From Lachnospiraceae bacterium (GTDB taxonomy: Bacteria; Bacillota; Clostridia; Lachnospirales; Lachnospiraceae): a stretch of 64,000 nucleotides of DNA. Numbering within the stretch: the first letter of the stretch is position 1; every line of letters starts with the position of its first letter. The notes beneath the pieces were generated by a model. That model worked only from the letters and a program-made list of their open reading frames with translations, had not been told where the DNA came from and searched no databases. The stretch spans positions 1,073-65,072 of the forward strand of contig CAVIJY010000002.1 in NCBI GenBank assembly GCA_963643215.1, in the 5' to 3' direction. This document shows, one piece after another, positions 36,522 through 47,243 of this stretch. The translations under genes and the position numbers were made by a program.

Positions 36522-38828
36522 TCATCTCTCGCATACTCTGGCAAAGAGATATCCCAGGCTTCCCATCTCTTCCTTTGTGAGTATCCGATGATTTTTCTCC
36601 ATCTCCCGCCTGATGGCTACCATGATCTCCAAGAGTCCGATGGGCACACCCTGAGCAGCTGCCAGATAAGCAGCCGTGAGCGCCACATTTTTGATGATGG
36701 CTCCGGTGAATTTAAATATCCTTGCCAGCTCACGATAGTCAACCTCCGAGGCAACCGGCGCCTGCTTCGGGAACACACTGCTCCATATCTCATAGCGGAT
36801 CTGCTCATCAGGCTCCTTGAACAGGAGATAATATCTGAATCTTCTCAGGAACGCATTATCTATGGATGTCATGTTGTTTGTCGCAAGTATCGATATCCCG
36901 TCGAATTCCTCTATGCATTGCAGCAGCAAAGAGGACTCTATATTGGCAAAACGCTCATTGGCATCCTTTGCATCCATACGCTTGTTGAATATGGAATCGG
37001 CCTCGTCAAAGAAAAGCACGCTGTTGCTCTTTTTTGCCTGATCAAATATCCTTCTGATATTCTTCTCCGTCTCTCCGACATATTTGTCTATAAGCTGAGA
37101 AAGATCTATCTTGTAAAGCTCCATCCCGAGCTCATTGGCCACGACCTGCGCAGCCATGGTCTTTCCGGTTCCGGGAGGACCTGCAAAAAGCACGGTTACC
37201 CCTGAGCCGTACGGAACCTTGCTCTCGAAATTCCACTCCTGCATGACGATATGACGGTTTCTTACAGTATCGCACACATCCCTCAGCAGCGTCTTATCTC
37301 TGGGATCCATCTTGATATCATCCCATTTAAACGGCGACTCAACCTTCTGTGTATGATCCTTGAGCGGATGCCCCATGACCGCATAGCAGCTTTTATAAAG
37401 CATCCCTCGTGATACATCCTCATGCAGAAATGCCTGTCTTGCCGCCCGGTTTATCTGTCCCGGCGTCAGTGTGAAGCTGTTGGCCAGCTGCTGTATCTCT
37501 CCCTCGGAAAGAGCAAGGCTCCTGTCGCCGCTATAGCCTCGAAGATAGTATGTCCATATCCTCGCTCTTGTGACGGCATCCGGCATCTTCACTGCAAAAA
37601 GATATACACCCTCGATGTAGTCCGGCACTGTCTCCGCCTCAATCAGCATACATACCGGAACATTCACAGATCCGGCTTTTCCTGTCAGCCAGCTTATATA
37701 CAGCTTCTGCCGATCCGCAGAGTAGCCTCCCAGCCCGGATATGACCAGCATCCTGTCTGTCACTATACACTCGCGCACCGCATACAGTGTATGATCCATC
37801 AGCACAGAGATGTCTCCGGCTGCATTTGCCTCATTCAGACACTCTCCCGCATCGTACTCTATCGCACGCATACCGGTGTCTGCCAATGCTCCTGCCGCTA
37901 TAGTGTGCTTTCCCGCTCCGCGCGCTCCCCAGAGGACAATCGGAGCTGAGTATGACCTGAGACGGCGGGCGAGACTCTCCCTGTCATCCCTCATATAAGC
38001 ATACGGAGAATCCTGCGCGGAATCGTCCTCGGACGCCGCGCCGCTCAACATATGCATACCGTACAGCAGATTCAGAGAAGCCTGAGCCGCATCCGGTATA
38101 CGTCCATATGTAAGTCCTGTCGGAAATCCTGCCGCAGAAGCACTTGCCGCAAAGCCGTTGGCCTCATCCGTCATCAGCTCGTACAGCCGCATGTCAAGCT
38201 GCGGTGTCAAGTGGAATATATCCTCTGCTCCGTCGCACTCCGGGAAGAGATATCCGAGAGAATCAGCGACCTCACTCAGCATTCTGCTCACGCGGGCTCC
38301 GCCGTAAAGCCCGTCTCCGAACAGGAGATTTACCACATCATACAGACTTTTCGCCCCCACCATCGATGCATAGTCTCTGTCCAGATATACATGATAGTAG
38401 TAAATCAATGTCTCCGTCATCCAGTCCGGAAGCAACAGCCTTTCAAGCAGTATATTCAGCGCCGGGATCTTTCCTGCCGTCACGCTGACATCCCGGCGCG
38501 CGATGATCTGGTCGGCCCACAGCTGCGCGGTCTGACCCTCTGACAGCCCCCGCATGATCAGTCTTGTGCGCAGGTATTCAATTGCTCTCACACATCGTGA
38601 CAGCTCTGTTGATTCCGGTCCCGACAGCACAGTCTCTCCCACTGCAGCATCACTCGCTGTAGCATCGCGCGGCTCAAGCATCTGCAAACCACTCTTTTCC
38701 AGAAGGCTCTGCCGCTCCTGCATGATTTCAAGTATTCTCAGGTCAACGAAAACAGACAGCTCCTCGACATATTCAAAGCTGTCTGTATATGGTCTGTCTC
38801 CTGCAAATCGTACCAACGGATCATTCAT
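36522..38828 (-). CDS. Two-domain AAA+ ATPase (degenerate D1, canonical classic-clade D2)
   Basis: D1 is LWGARGAGKHT. D2 has GPPGTGKTMAAQVVANELG, Walker B VLFFDEADSIF and ILATNN..DNAFLRRF. Confidence 0.8.
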   Translation of the reverse strand: MNDPLVRFAGDRPYTDSFEYVEELSVFVDLRILEIMQERQSLLEKSGLQMLEPRDATASDAAVGETVLSGPESTELSRCVRAIEYLRTRLIMRGLSEGQTAQLWADQIIARRDVSVTAGKIPALNILLERLLLPDWMTETLIYYYHVYLDRDYASMVGAKSLYDVVNLLFGDGLYGGARVSRMLSEVADSLGYLFPECDGAEDIFHLTPQLDMRLYELMTDEANGFAASASAAGFPTGLTYGRIPDAAQASLNLLYGMHMLSGAASEDDSAQDSPYAYMRDDRESLARRLRSYSAPIVLWGARGAGKHTIAAGALADTGMRAIEYDAGECLNEANAAGDISVLMDHTLYAVRECIVTDRMLVISGLGGYSADRQKLYISWLTGKAGSVNVPVCMLIEAETVPDYIEGVYLFAVKMPDAVTRARIWTYYLRGYSGDRSLALSEGEIQQLANSFTLTPGQINRAARQAFLHEDVSRGMLYKSCYAVMGHPLKDHTQKVESPFKWDDIKMDPRDKTLLRDVCDTVRNRHIVMQEWNFESKVPYGSGVTVLFAGPPGTGKTMAAQVVANELGMELYKIDLSQLIDKYVGETEKNIRRIFDQAKKSNSVLFFDEADSIFNKRMDAKDANERFANIESSLLLQCIEEFDGISILATNNMTSIDNAFLRRFRYYLLFKEPDEQIRYEIWSSVFPKQAPVASEVDYRELARIFKFTGAIIKNVALTAAYLAAAQGVPIGLLEIMVAIRREMEKNHRILTKEEMGSLGYLFARVCER

Positions 38829-38997
38829 CTATGTTTCTCCTATGTTCCGACCTTAAAAACCTGAGGCATATTCAAAGCCTCCTTCTTTTGCAAATTCTAA
38901 TATCAGATGCGCCGTCTGTCCTGATATTCGCAGCTTCGCCAAACCCTGTTTCACAGATATTCTGACATGTCTCCGGCAAAATGTCCATGCATCATCC

Positions 38998-41900
38998 TCA
39001 GCTCGTCCCCGCGGGAATCTCTATCTTGGAATCGGATGCGATCTTCGTATCGTTGACCTTTACCTCGACATTCACATCGCTGCTCAGCTTAAAGCCGTCA
39101 AGTATGATTGCTTCGCTAGAGGATGTAACCGTGATCTCATCTCTGGATGCCACAGACTTCGGATCGGTATCTGATGCTTTCTCGTAGTTGTATGCGAACA
39201 GCGGCACTATGTCAACCGTCGTGTCTGTAGTCGTCTGATAACTGTAGGACACCACAAACTCATCCTCCAGCTTCGCTGTATATGCCGTACCCTCCGGAAT
39301 ATCTGAAAAGGCTTCGCCGGTATTCAGCGCTTGGATATTCCTGATAACCGTAGCCTGCGTCCAGTCATCATCTATGCCCCATACTCCGTCAGCAGGCTTC
39401 TCTACCTCATCGGTCTGAGTAATCGTGGTATCCGCTGTTTTGTTGTATTCCGTGATCGTACGGAAGAACCTTTCGGAGCTGTCCGTCGAAGCAGTCATCT
39501 GCGTGTCCGCGTTCATGACAGTTACATCCGCCGCCTTATATACACAGGCGGCACCGGCTACAGCGGCTCCGGATCCTGCTGCTTCAGACTCAAATGTGAC
39601 CGTGATTTTATCTGATGATGTCACCGCGGAAGCTGCCGCGCTGTTCTTAAATTCTAGCGCTACGGCAGCGTCCTTTACCGCCGCGAAGCCTACACCGTCG
39701 GGGCATCTGCCTGTGTCTGATGTCACTGTCTCCATAGTCTCTGTTCGTGTGATCTCCTGCATGCCGGTGTTCGGATTGGAGCAGATATCAAGATAGAACA
39801 GATAGGCCCCGATACCTGATGCCGAGCCAAGTGCGTACTCTCCCCTGTTGACAGGGATCTGAAAGTAATACACCGCAGACTGAATGAGATTCTCCGTAGC
39901 AGTGATCCATGCTGTATCAAATACAAGATTTGCATCAGTTACACATGCCGGAGCATCTGATGCAGGTGTATCATACTCGCCGCCGCTGTATGAAGAATAT
40001 GTCCCATCCGCATATTCATATACATAGCTGCCCGAATCCTTGTATATTCGACTTATCTCCTTGATATCTGTGATTTTGTTCTCATCATCCCTGTAAATAT
40101 GATGCAGCGAGAAGAAGCTTGTGTTATTGCCATAATATGTTCCTGCATAGAACGAGATATATCCCGCCTGATTGAGCATAAAGTCTATGCTGTTGCGCGG
40201 CATCTGATAATTGTCATAACTGATGCCGTTTATCCACGCTGTCGGCATCTCTGCCACATTGGCCTTACTGATAGTCGCCGGCATAAAGTGAAGCCCGTAG
40301 ATGGTTCCCGCATCGGCTTCAAACATATCTGCCAGCTCCTCCCGGGCCGCATCATATACCGTTTTGTTCAGCCCAAGCTCAGTCAGAGTCTTTTTGGTTA
40401 TGCCCGATACATCTGAACTTATATTTGTATTGTTCGCATTCGCACTGTCCGAGATGCGAAACTGTCCATCAGTAGTCTGTGTCAGAATCTCGAGCTGTCC
40501 GTCAGCATATGCGGATAATCCGTTAAGCGATGCCGTAAGCCTCCCGGCCAGGGAATATCCGGCAACACGTATATTTCCCAGAGGATTTGAACCGGCTTCC
40601 GATTTCTGCTCTGCTCCTCCGACAAAATATCCAGTATTTGCATATCCGTCCTCCGTGCTTTCAGTTCGCGTGCTGTATCCGCCGGAGGGATAAGAGCCTG
40701 TGACTGTCTCATTTACAGCAATCGGAAATATGGAATCGTAGGTGGCATAGACTGCGCTTGCGGATTCCGTGATTGTATATTGATAGGTTATCTTTTCATT
40801 CTTTGATGTCTGCGTGCATTCGTAGGCGCTTGTGTCTCCGTCGGCGACCTTGATTATCTGCACCTTTGGAGTGTTTCCCTTGGCATTACTTGTCGTGGAT
40901 TCACTTGTGTCTGTACTGACCTTCCAGATTCTGTACGATACAAAAGAGTTCAAATACCATGTGAAATTCAGATAATATGTTGTTCCGCCTGAGCTGTCCG
41001 GCTTTGTAGCCAGATAGTATATTGAAGGATCTGCAGCGTCGGCAGCCTGCATTTCCCATTGCGTTACCCCGCTGTTTTCAATTTTAAGAGTGCCTGCAGA
41101 GGTATCCACATTCAGATACTTTCTTTCATCATCCGCTGCAATTGACAAGTATCCATCATTGTCGAAATGCCACTGCGCTTTATAGTCAGTGTTTTTCGCG
41201 CCTTTTACAGAGCCGACATACGGAAGTGAGGCTTCGTTGCTTTGTAAATAGCTTTCGATTTTCCATGTATTATCGCAGGAATAGTCACTGTACAGATAGT
41301 GATAATTATTACGAAGATAATATGATTCCTGTATATTTACTACCTGCTCTGCCTGCTCTACCTTCCATTTGCCGTCTGAGGTGTCATAAAACAGATAATA
41401 TGTTCCGCTGTTGTAAACATAGCCTCCGGCTACTGAGGTGCGCGTCCATGCGCTGGCACTTGCATATGCCGTTTCAATCTTAAGCGACAGATCGCTGTCT
41501 ATAGTTAGAAAATATGTAGTGCTGCCCGACTTAGTGATCAGATAGCTGCTTCCCCCGGTGACATGATCATGACTCACATATGACCACAGCGTTGCATCGT
41601 CTTCGCTGTCTGCGGCTACTATACTTGTACCGCTGAGTGTGAGGTATTTACCGTTTTGCTGTATGGTAAATGTCTCGCAATTCTTTGTGGTGTATGTCGT
41701 CGTCCTGGTCATGGTTTCTGAACCTGTCGGCTGGGTGATATTGTCAGCTCCATGAAGAGCTGCATATGTGCCTGAAGAGTTGGATGAAAAGCTATAGGAA
41801 GCCCAATCATCGCTGAAATTTTTGAACGCAGCGTTCGAAACGGACACCTTTCCCGAATACTCAATCTCTCCGTCCAGAGAAAACGCTGCATTCGGGTTTG

Positions 41901-43005
41901 ATCTTGTATAGTTCGCGGTCACACCGGTATACACCGGAGCGTCTGATGTCTTGCCGCTGCCGTAGACATTCTTCAGTCTCTGAAACAGAGACTTCATGTC
42001 GATGGTTCCGCCGAATTCGCTGTCTGCCTCTCTTACCTCAAAATCCGCCGATTTGACGCACACGCTGTGCGCCACACCAACGATCTTGGAGGTGTCGCAA
42101 TATCCTACTGTGGTATAGTACGACAGCTTCTCTGTGGGTATCATATCATCAGCCGATGTGCCCACATCGACTCCCGCGGATGCTGCCGAGCCGTCTATGC
42201 TGCCGTTCACCAGTACATCTGCCATGCCTGCGCTGCCACCGACATAGCCCGCGGCCAGTCCGGCAAGACAGCGCTGTGTTTTGCCTACTACCGATATATT
42301 GTCTATCTTCACATTTTCTATCGATGCGATCACGCTGCTGCTTACAGCGCTCCCGCTGTACTCGCCGACCACTCCGAACAGTCCTATGATCTCGGCCTCT
42401 TCTCCCAGATCCGTCGCGCCGTCCTTGGCCAGCTCCTCCTTGACCTGCAGCGGCATCTCCGAATCCTTGCCCGATCCGGCCTCCATATCTGTTCCGTCAG
42501 CTCTGTTGCTTATCGTCAGATTGCTGATTGTATAGCCGTTGCCGTCAAAGCTGCCCACAAAGGGATACTCCTTTGTTCCTATGGGCGGGAGCACCCAGCC
42601 CGTCATATCAAGATCCGCCGAAAGATAGAAATAAAACGGCGGCTCATCGGAATCGTTAAAGTAACCCAGATACTGCAGCCATGCCAGATTGTAGAGCTGT
42701 TCAGGCGTCTTGATCTCGTATGCCGCCGGAGTATCAACAGCCTTGTGCTCCTCATCAGTATATGATGTGCCGTCAGCCTTTTTGCCGAATACAGGGGATC
42801 CGTCAGCATCATAACCTGTGACGATCTCATCCGGCTGTGATCCGTCTCCTGATTCGAAATATCTGGCCACATATGTTACCGATCCGGCCAGCTCTATATC
42901 CGCCTTGTGAATCTCGCCGTACCACGCAAAAGAGGCGCCGGTTATAGCAACCAGCGCCAGTATGATGCATATCTGTGAGCATATACGCCGCATCATGTAC
43001 TTCAT
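38998..43005 (-). CDS. Giant secreted protein (1335 aa) with SipW-type signal and GLUG/beta-helix-like N-terminal module; putative adhesin
   Basis: Signal ...ITGASFAWYGEI. FDGNGYTISNLTISN and IGLFGVVG/LAGLAAGYV motifs are present. The centre is rich in Y/S/T/G repeats. Confidence 0.7.
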   Translation of the reverse strand: MKYMMRRICSQICIILALVAITGASFAWYGEIHKADIELAGSVTYVARYFESGDGSQPDEIVTGYDADGSPVFGKKADGTSYTDEEHKAVDTPAAYEIKTPEQLYNLAWLQYLGYFNDSDEPPFYFYLSADLDMTGWVLPPIGTKEYPFVGSFDGNGYTISNLTISNRADGTDMEAGSGKDSEMPLQVKEELAKDGATDLGEEAEIIGLFGVVGEYSGSAVSSSVIASIENVKIDNISVVGKTQRCLAGLAAGYVGGSAGMADVLVNGSIDGSAASAGVDVGTSADDMIPTEKLSYYTTVGYCDTSKIVGVAHSVCVKSADFEVREADSEFGGTIDMKSLFQRLKNVYGSGKTSDAPVYTGVTANYTRSNPNAAFSLDGEIEYSGKVSVSNAAFKNFSDDWASYSFSSNSSGTYAALHGADNITQPTGSETMTRTTTYTTKNCETFTIQQNGKYLTLSGTSIVAADSEDDATLWSYVSHDHVTGGSSYLITKSGSTTYFLTIDSDLSLKIETAYASASAWTRTSVAGGYVYNSGTYYLFYDTSDGKWKVEQAEQVVNIQESYYLRNNYHYLYSDYSCDNTWKIESYLQSNEASLPYVGSVKGAKNTDYKAQWHFDNDGYLSIAADDERKYLNVDTSAGTLKIENSGVTQWEMQAADAADPSIYYLATKPDSSGGTTYYLNFTWYLNSFVSYRIWKVSTDTSESTTSNAKGNTPKVQIIKVADGDTSAYECTQTSKNEKITYQYTITESASAVYATYDSIFPIAVNETVTGSYPSGGYSTRTESTEDGYANTGYFVGGAEQKSEAGSNPLGNIRVAGYSLAGRLTASLNGLSAYADGQLEILTQTTDGQFRISDSANANNTNISSDVSGITKKTLTELGLNKTVYDAAREELADMFEADAGTIYGLHFMPATISKANVAEMPTAWINGISYDNYQMPRNSIDFMLNQAGYISFYAGTYYGNNTSFFSLHHIYRDDENKITDIKEISRIYKDSGSYVYEYADGTYSSYSGGEYDTPASDAPACVTDANLVFDTAWITATENLIQSAVYYFQIPVNRGEYALGSASGIGAYLFYLDICSNPNTGMQEITRTETMETVTSDTGRCPDGVGFAAVKDAAVALEFKNSAAASAVTSSDKITVTFESEAAGSGAAVAGAACVYKAADVTVMNADTQMTASTDSSERFFRTITEYNKTADTTITQTDEVEKPADGVWGIDDDWTQATVIRNIQALNTGEAFSDIPEGTAYTAKLEDEFVVSYSYQTTTDTTVDIVPLFAYNYEKASDTDPKSVASRDEITVTSSSEAIILDGFKLSSDVNVEVKVNDTKIASDSKIEIPAGTS

Positions 43006-43080
43006 GTTCCCGTATTCCCCTTTGCAGGCTCAGGCACTCCGCCCAGCACTGCATCGCTGTATACACAAACCTGTCCTGTA

Positions 43081-46000
43081 TCATGCGGCCGGAACCTCGA
43101 TGGAGGCTCCTTTGCTCAGCTCAGTATCGTTGATCGTCGCACTGTACGGACTTACTATCTCATCACCTCTGATAGTGATAGCCTTATCCGAGGCAGCTCT
43201 GATAGTATATTCCGACAGTTCGCTGCTCTTGTCAATAGGTTCAGCACCCATAGCCGGGTAATCCTCATCCTGTATCGATGATATTCCTCCATTGGTCAGA
43301 AGCGTCGGGTGAGATACTATGCTCACATTTGCGCCGTTTTCATCATAATAATGGTACCTGATGATCGTATCAGCGGCCGCAATATCGTGCCCGTCATCCT
43401 CGAAGTTCGTATCCTGCGTTCCTTCGTCGGCCTCCCAGTCGCTGTAGATATAGCGCTCTGCCGTCCTGGTCACAGCACCGGCATTATCCGTCGACTCCTT
43501 CGTAGTCGTCACAGTAAATGTCGTCTCCTTTGTGGTGCAGTTGTAGGTATAGACCGTAATCTTCTCCGTTTCATCCTTCGATGTTGCAGTCGCTGTCATA
43601 GTCAGCTCGTTGCCGTTTGAATCCTCCAGCACGATGCCGTCCCCGACAAATGCTCCTGTCCCTATACCCGTGCTGCTGACCGTAAGCACAGCCCTGTCGC
43701 CGCTCCTGCTGATAGAGGCGCTCGCTACCGAGCCTGCGGCCATGACCGCGCATGCCGAGTCTGAATCCGATGTATATCCGCTGCCCGCTGCCACAAGCTG
43801 TACTCCCTTTGGATACTCATATGTATCCCTTGTGACAGTCGTGATCTCTGTCAGCTCCTGCTTTCGCAGCTCCTGAGCATTGGTCGAAAGGTCAAGATAC
43901 ATCAGATACCCTCCGCTGCTGCCGCTCACGCTGCCCAGTGCGTACTCGCCCGCATTTGCCGGTATCTCGAAGTAAAAGACACGATTACTGCCGTAGGAGA
44001 TAGCGTCATTATATCCGATCCATTCCATATCAAATACCTTGTCCACTCTCCCGGCAGAGGACGAGTAGGTGCCGTCGCTGTACAGATACACATATACGCC
44101 TGCCTCAGCTGTCGAGTATACCTGGGCTATCTCCTTGATATCCGTGATCTCCTGTGTCGCCTCATCTCTGATTATCTGATGAAGCGTAAAAAAGCTCTTA
44201 TTTCCGGAATAATATTCTCCGGCAAAGAAGTTTATATACCCGGCCTCCCGAAGATTGAAGTCTATGCAATGGCGCGGAACCTTATAGTTTGCATACTCAT
44301 TGCGATCTATGACCGCCTTCGGTATCACAGCCGCATCATCCTTGGCGATGCTCGCGTCCATGAAATGAAGTCCGTATACATACGACTGTCCGCTCAGTGT
44401 CTTTAAAAACGCTGTCTTTGAGTCATCATACTTGACAAAAGTATGGCTTGTCGGAATCGTCTGTATCCCGCTGTCATTTATCGTATAAACGGAGGTAAAG
44501 GCTCCGCTGTTCTTATTGTATGAGGCGGATATATTGCTTATTGTGTAACCGGATACACGGATGTCTCCTGAGCTTCTCGGCCAATAACCGCTGCTCCTGT
44601 AGCTGGATCCCGATACGATATATCCGGTATTGATATCCTTGACAGCATATCCGTTCGCCTGATTTTCAGCCGTCAGCGGCAGGTAGGTGTCCGGTACGGT
44701 TGCAGTGGCGCTCGCTGTGGTTGTGCTCTGCGTAGTGGTCGGCTTTTGAGCAGCTGTTGATATCAGTGACAGTGTCTCCGCCGGCATGTTTGCCGCCTTG
44801 AATGTAAGCACAGCCGCTTCCTCCGCAGGAGCATATGTCGGCTCGATCTCAAAGCTTGCGTCACCTGCAGCAGAGTTCAGACGTCGATTGCTGCTGTATG
44901 ACAGCCCGCTGCTGCCTACGCTCAGAACATAGTAGTAGGTTCTCCCCCAGCCCCCTCCTGAACTTGCAGAGATGTAGTAGTAGGTGGCTCCTGAGTATGT
45001 ATATGCGCTCCATATGCTGTTGGATGTGCTCTGAGAGCCGGTGAGGCTCACATAATAATTTCCCCCGTATGCGTTACTTGCCAGATAAAGATAATACTCC
45101 GTTCCGTTCACATCCGTGCTGATATAGTATCCGCCTGACGCCGCTGTGACACTCCACCATGCGGCGCTGTCAATATCTGTCGTGGTGGAAAAACTGCGAT
45201 TCGATGATACCGTCACATATGTTCCGTATCCGTTTGATATCACATATCCGCTTTTCCCTGCTGCCAGCACCCAGCTCCCGGACGCGTCGTCATATGCTAT
45301 ATAGTACCTTGTTGTAACTCCTCCGGTTGTATAGTCACTGTACAGCCTTCCGTCATCATCTCTCGTCCATGCCGTAGCCGTGGCTGAGGTATAGTCACCT
45401 GATGCGATAAGCGTCCCGCCGTCATTGTACAGATAATAGTCTGCTCCGCCTGCAGATGTGCTGATCACATACTTTCCGTCAGTATTTTCATATACATACC
45501 ACTTCGAGGCGGTTTCGGAATCCGCTGATGCTGTCACCGAGTCTCCCGTCCCGGAGTAGACCATATAGTGCTCTCCGTCCGTGATATAGGAGCGCTTTGC
45601 TGCGGATATCAGCGTCCAGCATTGTGCAGTTTCATCATACTTCAGATAGTAGTCGGTCTCTCCGTCCGTAGTATATATACGATTGCTTTCCCGAATCCAT
45701 GTCACTGCCGAGGTGCTGTCCGCAGTTATAGTCAGCTCTGTGCCGGACCGGCTCAGATAATACACTTCATCGTCTATATATGTCTCCAGCGTGCCGGAAT
45801 CCGCGCCGGAAAAAACCCACTTTGTCGCCGTATCCTCACTGTCCCCGGTTTCAATCCCCGTCACAGTGGCGTTCAGATAGTGTGTCCCGTCAGAGGCGAT
45901 CACTGCGCCCACCTCCTCATGCGAATAGGTGGTATTGATGTATGTTTTGCTGACGGTAAAGTCCGCTGCACCGATCAGATAATTATACATCGTGCTCCAG

Positions 46001-47214
46001 CCGCTTGAGTAATGTGCGGCAAGCGTCGCCGAGCCGGCCTTTTCATCCGTATAATTTCGTATGTACTGCGATATGATCTGAGGATTGCTGTATGCAGTCA
46101 CGCTGGTTCCGTCCGCCTGCGTGACCGTGGTCTCCGTCGCATAGTATGTGGGATTCGTGCCGTTGCTCTCCATATATTCTATACGGTTGTACAGGCTGAG
46201 CATATCAATGGAGCCGCCCCATGCGTCCCCGCTTGCCTGCGCATCCGCTCTGGAGATCATAAGACCCGGCTTCGACATCTCAATCGTCGCTACATCAAGT
46301 GTGTCCTTGTACTCGTCCTCGCAGTAGCCCACCAGCATATAGTCGGACAGCTTGTCTGTCATGCTTTCCGAATCAAGCGCCTCTGCTCCGGTCTCGTTGC
46401 TGATGGTTCCGTCGCTTACCGCAATCTCCGCAAGAGTCCCGTTTACATAGCCTGCGGCCAGACCCGCAAGAGACCTTTGCGTTCTGGTTTCTATGACTAT
46501 CCCGTCGATACGCAGGTTCTTTATCTCTGATATGGCGCCCGAATATGTGGCACCTCCGCTATACTCGCCGACCACTCCGAACAGTCCTATGATCTCGGCC
46601 TCTTCTCCGAGATCTGTCGCGCCGTCCTTGGCCAGCTCCTCCTTGACCTGCAGCGGCATCTCCGAATCCTTGCCCGATCCGGCCTCCATATCTGTTCCGT
46701 CAGCTCTGTTGCTTATCGTCAGATTGCTGATTGTATAGCCGTTGCCGTCAAAGCTGCCAAGAAAGGGATATTCCTTTGTTCCTATGGGCGGAAGCACCCA
46801 GCCCGTCATATTAAGATCGGCCGAAAGATAAAAATAGAACGGCTGCTCATTAAAATACCCCAGATACTGCAGCCATGCCAGATTGTAGAGCTGCTCGGGC
46901 GTCTTGATCTCGTATGCCGCCGCAGTGTCGACAGCCTTGTGCTCCTCATCCGTATATGATGTGCCGTCTGGCTTTTTGCCGAATACAGGGGATCCGTCCG
47001 CATCATAGCCTGTGACGATCTCATCCGGCTGTGATCCGTCGCCCGACTCGAAGTATCTGGCCACATAGGTTACCGATCCGGCCAGATCCACACCGGCCCT
47101 GCGGATCTCTCCGTACCAGGCCAAAGAAGCGCCGGTCGTCACGGCCAGCGCCATCAGCAGGGATATCCCTGTATATATTCGCAATATCTTCTGTCGCATC
47201 CTTTTCTGCATCAT
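43081..47214 (-). CDS. Giant secreted protein (1377 aa), paralogue of 38998-43005
   Basis: The start was trimmed to MMQKRMRQK at 47214 because the upstream ORF extension runs through repeat family 1. Signal ...TTGASLAWYGEI. About 200 N-terminal aa are nearly identical to the neighbour. Confidence 0.7.
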   Translation of the reverse strand: MMQKRMRQKILRIYTGISLLMALAVTTGASLAWYGEIRRAGVDLAGSVTYVARYFESGDGSQPDEIVTGYDADGSPVFGKKPDGTSYTDEEHKAVDTAAAYEIKTPEQLYNLAWLQYLGYFNEQPFYFYLSADLNMTGWVLPPIGTKEYPFLGSFDGNGYTISNLTISNRADGTDMEAGSGKDSEMPLQVKEELAKDGATDLGEEAEIIGLFGVVGEYSGGATYSGAISEIKNLRIDGIVIETRTQRSLAGLAAGYVNGTLAEIAVSDGTISNETGAEALDSESMTDKLSDYMLVGYCEDEYKDTLDVATIEMSKPGLMISRADAQASGDAWGGSIDMLSLYNRIEYMESNGTNPTYYATETTVTQADGTSVTAYSNPQIISQYIRNYTDEKAGSATLAAHYSSGWSTMYNYLIGAADFTVSKTYINTTYSHEEVGAVIASDGTHYLNATVTGIETGDSEDTATKWVFSGADSGTLETYIDDEVYYLSRSGTELTITADSTSAVTWIRESNRIYTTDGETDYYLKYDETAQCWTLISAAKRSYITDGEHYMVYSGTGDSVTASADSETASKWYVYENTDGKYVISTSAGGADYYLYNDGGTLIASGDYTSATATAWTRDDDGRLYSDYTTGGVTTRYYIAYDDASGSWVLAAGKSGYVISNGYGTYVTVSSNRSFSTTTDIDSAAWWSVTAASGGYYISTDVNGTEYYLYLASNAYGGNYYVSLTGSQSTSNSIWSAYTYSGATYYYISASSGGGWGRTYYYVLSVGSSGLSYSSNRRLNSAAGDASFEIEPTYAPAEEAAVLTFKAANMPAETLSLISTAAQKPTTTQSTTTASATATVPDTYLPLTAENQANGYAVKDINTGYIVSGSSYRSSGYWPRSSGDIRVSGYTISNISASYNKNSGAFTSVYTINDSGIQTIPTSHTFVKYDDSKTAFLKTLSGQSYVYGLHFMDASIAKDDAAVIPKAVIDRNEYANYKVPRHCIDFNLREAGYINFFAGEYYSGNKSFFTLHQIIRDEATQEITDIKEIAQVYSTAEAGVYVYLYSDGTYSSSAGRVDKVFDMEWIGYNDAISYGSNRVFYFEIPANAGEYALGSVSGSSGGYLMYLDLSTNAQELRKQELTEITTVTRDTYEYPKGVQLVAAGSGYTSDSDSACAVMAAGSVASASISRSGDRAVLTVSSTGIGTGAFVGDGIVLEDSNGNELTMTATATSKDETEKITVYTYNCTTKETTFTVTTTKESTDNAGAVTRTAERYIYSDWEADEGTQDTNFEDDGHDIAAADTIIRYHYYDENGANVSIVSHPTLLTNGGISSIQDEDYPAMGAEPIDKSSELSEYTIRAASDKAITIRGDEIVSPYSATINDTELSKGASIEVPAA

Positions 47215-47243
47215 GCATCTCGTCCTTTGACTATGCGAAAGAT

